From contig NW_024704743.1 in the NCBI RefSeq assembly GCF_018977255.1, positions 84,322,001 to 84,386,000 of the forward strand: DNA of 64,000 nucleotides, given 5' to 3'. A program made the translations under genes and the position numbers. The stretch is from Callorhinchus milii. Taxonomy: Eukaryota. Below the pieces are notes generated by a model. It was given only the letters and a program-made list of their open reading frames with translations. It was not told where the DNA came from and searched no databases. Shown piece after piece: positions 60,776 to 64,000 of this stretch (position 1 is the first letter of the stretch; each line of letters starts with the position of its first letter).

Positions 60776-62774
60776 CAAACTGATCATGTGAGACTAGCTT
60801 TATCAAACTAGAACACTAGGCCAGCATTAATATCAGGGGTAAGGGTTTTATGAAGAAATTTTGTTTCATTTTACAGAGATATAACATATGTGTATAATAG
60901 ATCACAGGCTTACTCATTATACCTTATACAACTCTCCTGTTTAGTATATTGCAAGTTTATTCGCTATATAGTATATGGGTGTATATAATACAGAATATTA
61001 CGCATAAAGAGACTTACAAGAAGACAACATTCATAAGACAGTATATTATTTCCAATTTACTTCAGTCCCTATAAGCAATCCTTAAAGAAGTTGCAGTTTT
61101 TAATTAATTTTGCGAGTTTTTTTAAATACTTATTGCCTATGTTAAAATTGCTGCACATTTTCTATGGCCTGTGTGACCCGGCTTGTTGATTAAATTTTTG
61201 TTTTGGTCAGCTTTCGTGTAGCATATCCAGTATCTTAAATGAGAAACATTTAATTCTTAAGCAGATAGAAAAGGCTTTAATACAGCATGATTGAACCATA
61301 TGTCCCATACAATCACATCACTTTGTAATTGCAATAAGACCATACAGATGCACAGAGTCTTCAGAATCCCTAGCACCAGCTGATCCAAAATTATTATGTT
61401 TATAAGTTGTTATTAACATGTGGACATTTGCATTTCTAGTTTTCGTTGTTTTTCACACACAAGCAGACAAAATGATTCCATGTAAAGTAATATTTGAGGA
61501 GCCATTTTGGTAAAATCATATTCTCCTTTCATCCATTTACTTTTCCTTCTTTGAGATTTCACGCGGTCTCTCTCTCTCCCTACACACACACGTACAGAAG
61601 ACAGAATGGGAATAATAATGGGTACTGCAAGGAGTTGATGTTTTTATCAATTTGTGTGTCGATTGTTGACTTGGAGTAATATCCAAATTTTAATCATCTT
61701 TGATAAGAATCTCTTTTTGTCCAAAATAACAGAGTGCTGATATATCTATATGTTCTTCCCATTGACATATTTGTTTTGCTTGAAAGGCTGTGGCTCTCAT
61801 TTTATGCTTCATGAGGTGCTTTGCAGCAGATAAGAGGCACAGGTTATTTAAACATGCTTTTAACCATATAAATACTGAAGGACTTTGTCAACTTTAAAAA
61901 AAATGTTTCTTTCATCCAATGCCCTGCAACAGCAATCAAATAAGTCATTCCTAAAGTTGCTACAGAAAGATACACACTCAGTTGTAGATTGTTTTTTATA
62001 TCACCTTAATTTAGGTATAACTTAATTCAGTGGATGCTAGATATTTTTCAGTGATTTGCAAGAAAATCATGAGAACAAGGGTTTTCGTGGAAGCCGTAAA
62101 TCATAACTGCAAAGCTCATTCAATTTAAACTTTAAACTCAGCATTCCTGTTGCTGATCCACATAGGGAATTATTCAAAAGTTCATTGTGCTCATAAAATA
62201 TGCTTTCTTACCTTTGCAGTACAATATCTGTATAGTGTGGGTCTGAATGTTTCTGCTGAAAGAGTGTATAATGTGAGTCAAGGGTACTTCACCAGTTGTA
62301 ATATGTGGCATGGGATTTCAAGGAACGTTTGCTTGTGAATTTGAATCTGCATTACACTGTAATACCAACTTAATTATAATAGTAAGAGGAATGCTTGCAT
62401 TACATATAGCGTCTTTCATGTCAGGAGTGACTCTAATTTGTAGGTGAAATTTTGTAATATGGAATGTTTACCCTTTACTCTTTCTTCTCCAATGATTTGT
62501 TTGGTGCTGTGCGTCTGTTACCACAAGCTCCAATTATATGTTACTGGAGTGGGAGGCAAATGAGTGCCAGATGGATAACATTTTGCATGACCTCTGAAAC
62601 CCTAGTAACTTCAGGTGAAATCAATGGGGCAAACCGTGAATTAACATTCGTAACATTTTCGTGTTTGTAGAATTTGGTTTGTGCTTGATTGAATTTACCT
62701 TACATTTTCCCCTTCAATTCCACTACTTTTTAATTATTTTGTTGATAGAGAATTACATAGAATATTGAACTTAC

Positions 62775-63110
62775 CATCTAGGCTGATACTCCAATGCAGT
62801 GCTAGGAGAGTGTGCATTATCAGGAGCATCCTCCTTCTGATGAGATTTCAGTTGCTGAAATGAGCCTGTTCAGGTGGTTGGTAAAGATCCCATGGCACTA
62901 TTTAAAAAGAGAAGGGAGTTTCTCCTGACCAAAATCCAGATAAAAATAATCATTCACTTCACGGTCATTTGTGCGACATTACAGTGTGAAATTTGGCTTC
63001 TGCCTTTGCCTAAAACTATGTAGACACTTCACTTTAAAGAAAACTGTGAAGTGCTTTGTGAAGTTTTCTCATGATAAGGTGCTCTATCAAATGAAAGGAT
63101 TATTATTTAT
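62775..63110 (+). mobile_element. Deu-domain SINE, headless
   Basis: TCTAGGCTGATACTCCAATGCAGTGC...CAGGTGGTTGGTAAAGATCCCATGGCACTATT...ATCAAATGAAAGGATTATT. Confidence 0.75.
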
Positions 63111-63412
63111 AACTTCCGTAGCTTAACAATCTAAATACATGTTATGAATATCACCACAATAAAATGATACTGTAATTTCCCATAAAGTCCATCATTGTAA
63201 TTTTTGCTAGCGTCATTCTTCAATTTGTGTAATGTACTTACCCACTTTTCAACCAGTTTCAAAGTTCCAACGTTTGCTGTTCCAAACAGGGAAATTTAAC
63301 ATTATAGACCTTATTTTATTTGATAAATCCAAACATTTGGGGATTAGTAATGATTTATTTATATTGGACTGAGATGCTTTGACTACTCTATTGGAACATC
63401 CCATAAACAGTG

Positions 63413-63760
63413 ATAATAATAATAATCCTTGCATTTGATATAGCGCCTTATCATGTCTTCGAGACATCTCAAAATATACTGTAAAGTGAATTGACAGTAT
63501 ATTTTGTGGGCAAAACATGGCAGCCAATTGCCACAGCAGTGTCTCACAAACAATCGTGCATTGAGTGAACAAATTATTATTTTTTTGGAAGGAAAAACGA
63601 TTTGCCAAACGACTAGCAAGCGGGTTCCTTCTTATTGCTAGGTAAACAGAAACGTGTGTAGTAAAGAAACTTGCCCAACATTTCGCCCCGATTGGGAATC
63701 AAACCCAGGTCCTCTTGCTTGCAAGGCGAGTGCTCTAACCACTAAGCTACAGGACTCCAC
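63413..63760 (-). mobile_element. tRNA-SINE long form, full length
   Basis: (AAT)n tail, body, GGGTTCCTTCTTATTGCTAGGTAAACAG segment, head ending CTACAGGACTCCAC. Confidence 0.9.
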
Positions 63761-64000
63761 ATGATGTTATTGATGTTATATAGAGATACATCTGTAGATT
63801 TACTAGCATCTCTTCAGTTCTCCCTCCTTTGCCCAAGAGTCCTTTCTACATGTGTGAGTCTAAACAATGAATATCAGCAGACTAATCAACACCATAGTCT
63901 TTCCAATTCTTGCCAGGCATCCAGAGATGTCCAGTTCTAACAGGTTGCACAATAACATTCTAGAGAAGGAACCCCTAACTGTTATTTGCCTATACCCTAA

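Overview
AT-rich, repeat-dense vertebrate DNA, intronic or intergenic. The repeat repertoire (5'-truncated L2 LINEs with (TTG)n tails, a tRNA-Ala-headed SINE with (TTA)n tails, Deu-domain SacSINE/AmnSINE-type SINEs, shark-type CR1 3' ends) points to a cartilaginous fish, probably a chimaera such as Callorhinchus; this is inference from remembered repeat consensuses, not a search result. I see no recognisable complete host gene. The long ORFs in the track are degraded L2/CR1 ORF2 pieces, their antisense frames, or low-complexity sequence. The best host-gene signal is a possible minus-strand promoter/first-exon region at about 38.2-38.9 kb (37-nt coding piece MFFFGCKLYIVV followed by GTGAGT). 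The most interesting observations concern repeats: two different L2 copies inserted antisense at the same site of the partner SINE (one with a 9-bp TSD), a SINE variant with a shared ~80-bp 5' extension, an unclassified LF-SINE-like family, several fold-back palindromes including a 61-bp TTAA-flanked piggyBac-like miniature, and a pre-miRNA-sized hairpin. I found no convincing novel multi-gene system. Repeat boundaries are approximate (about 10-30 bp).
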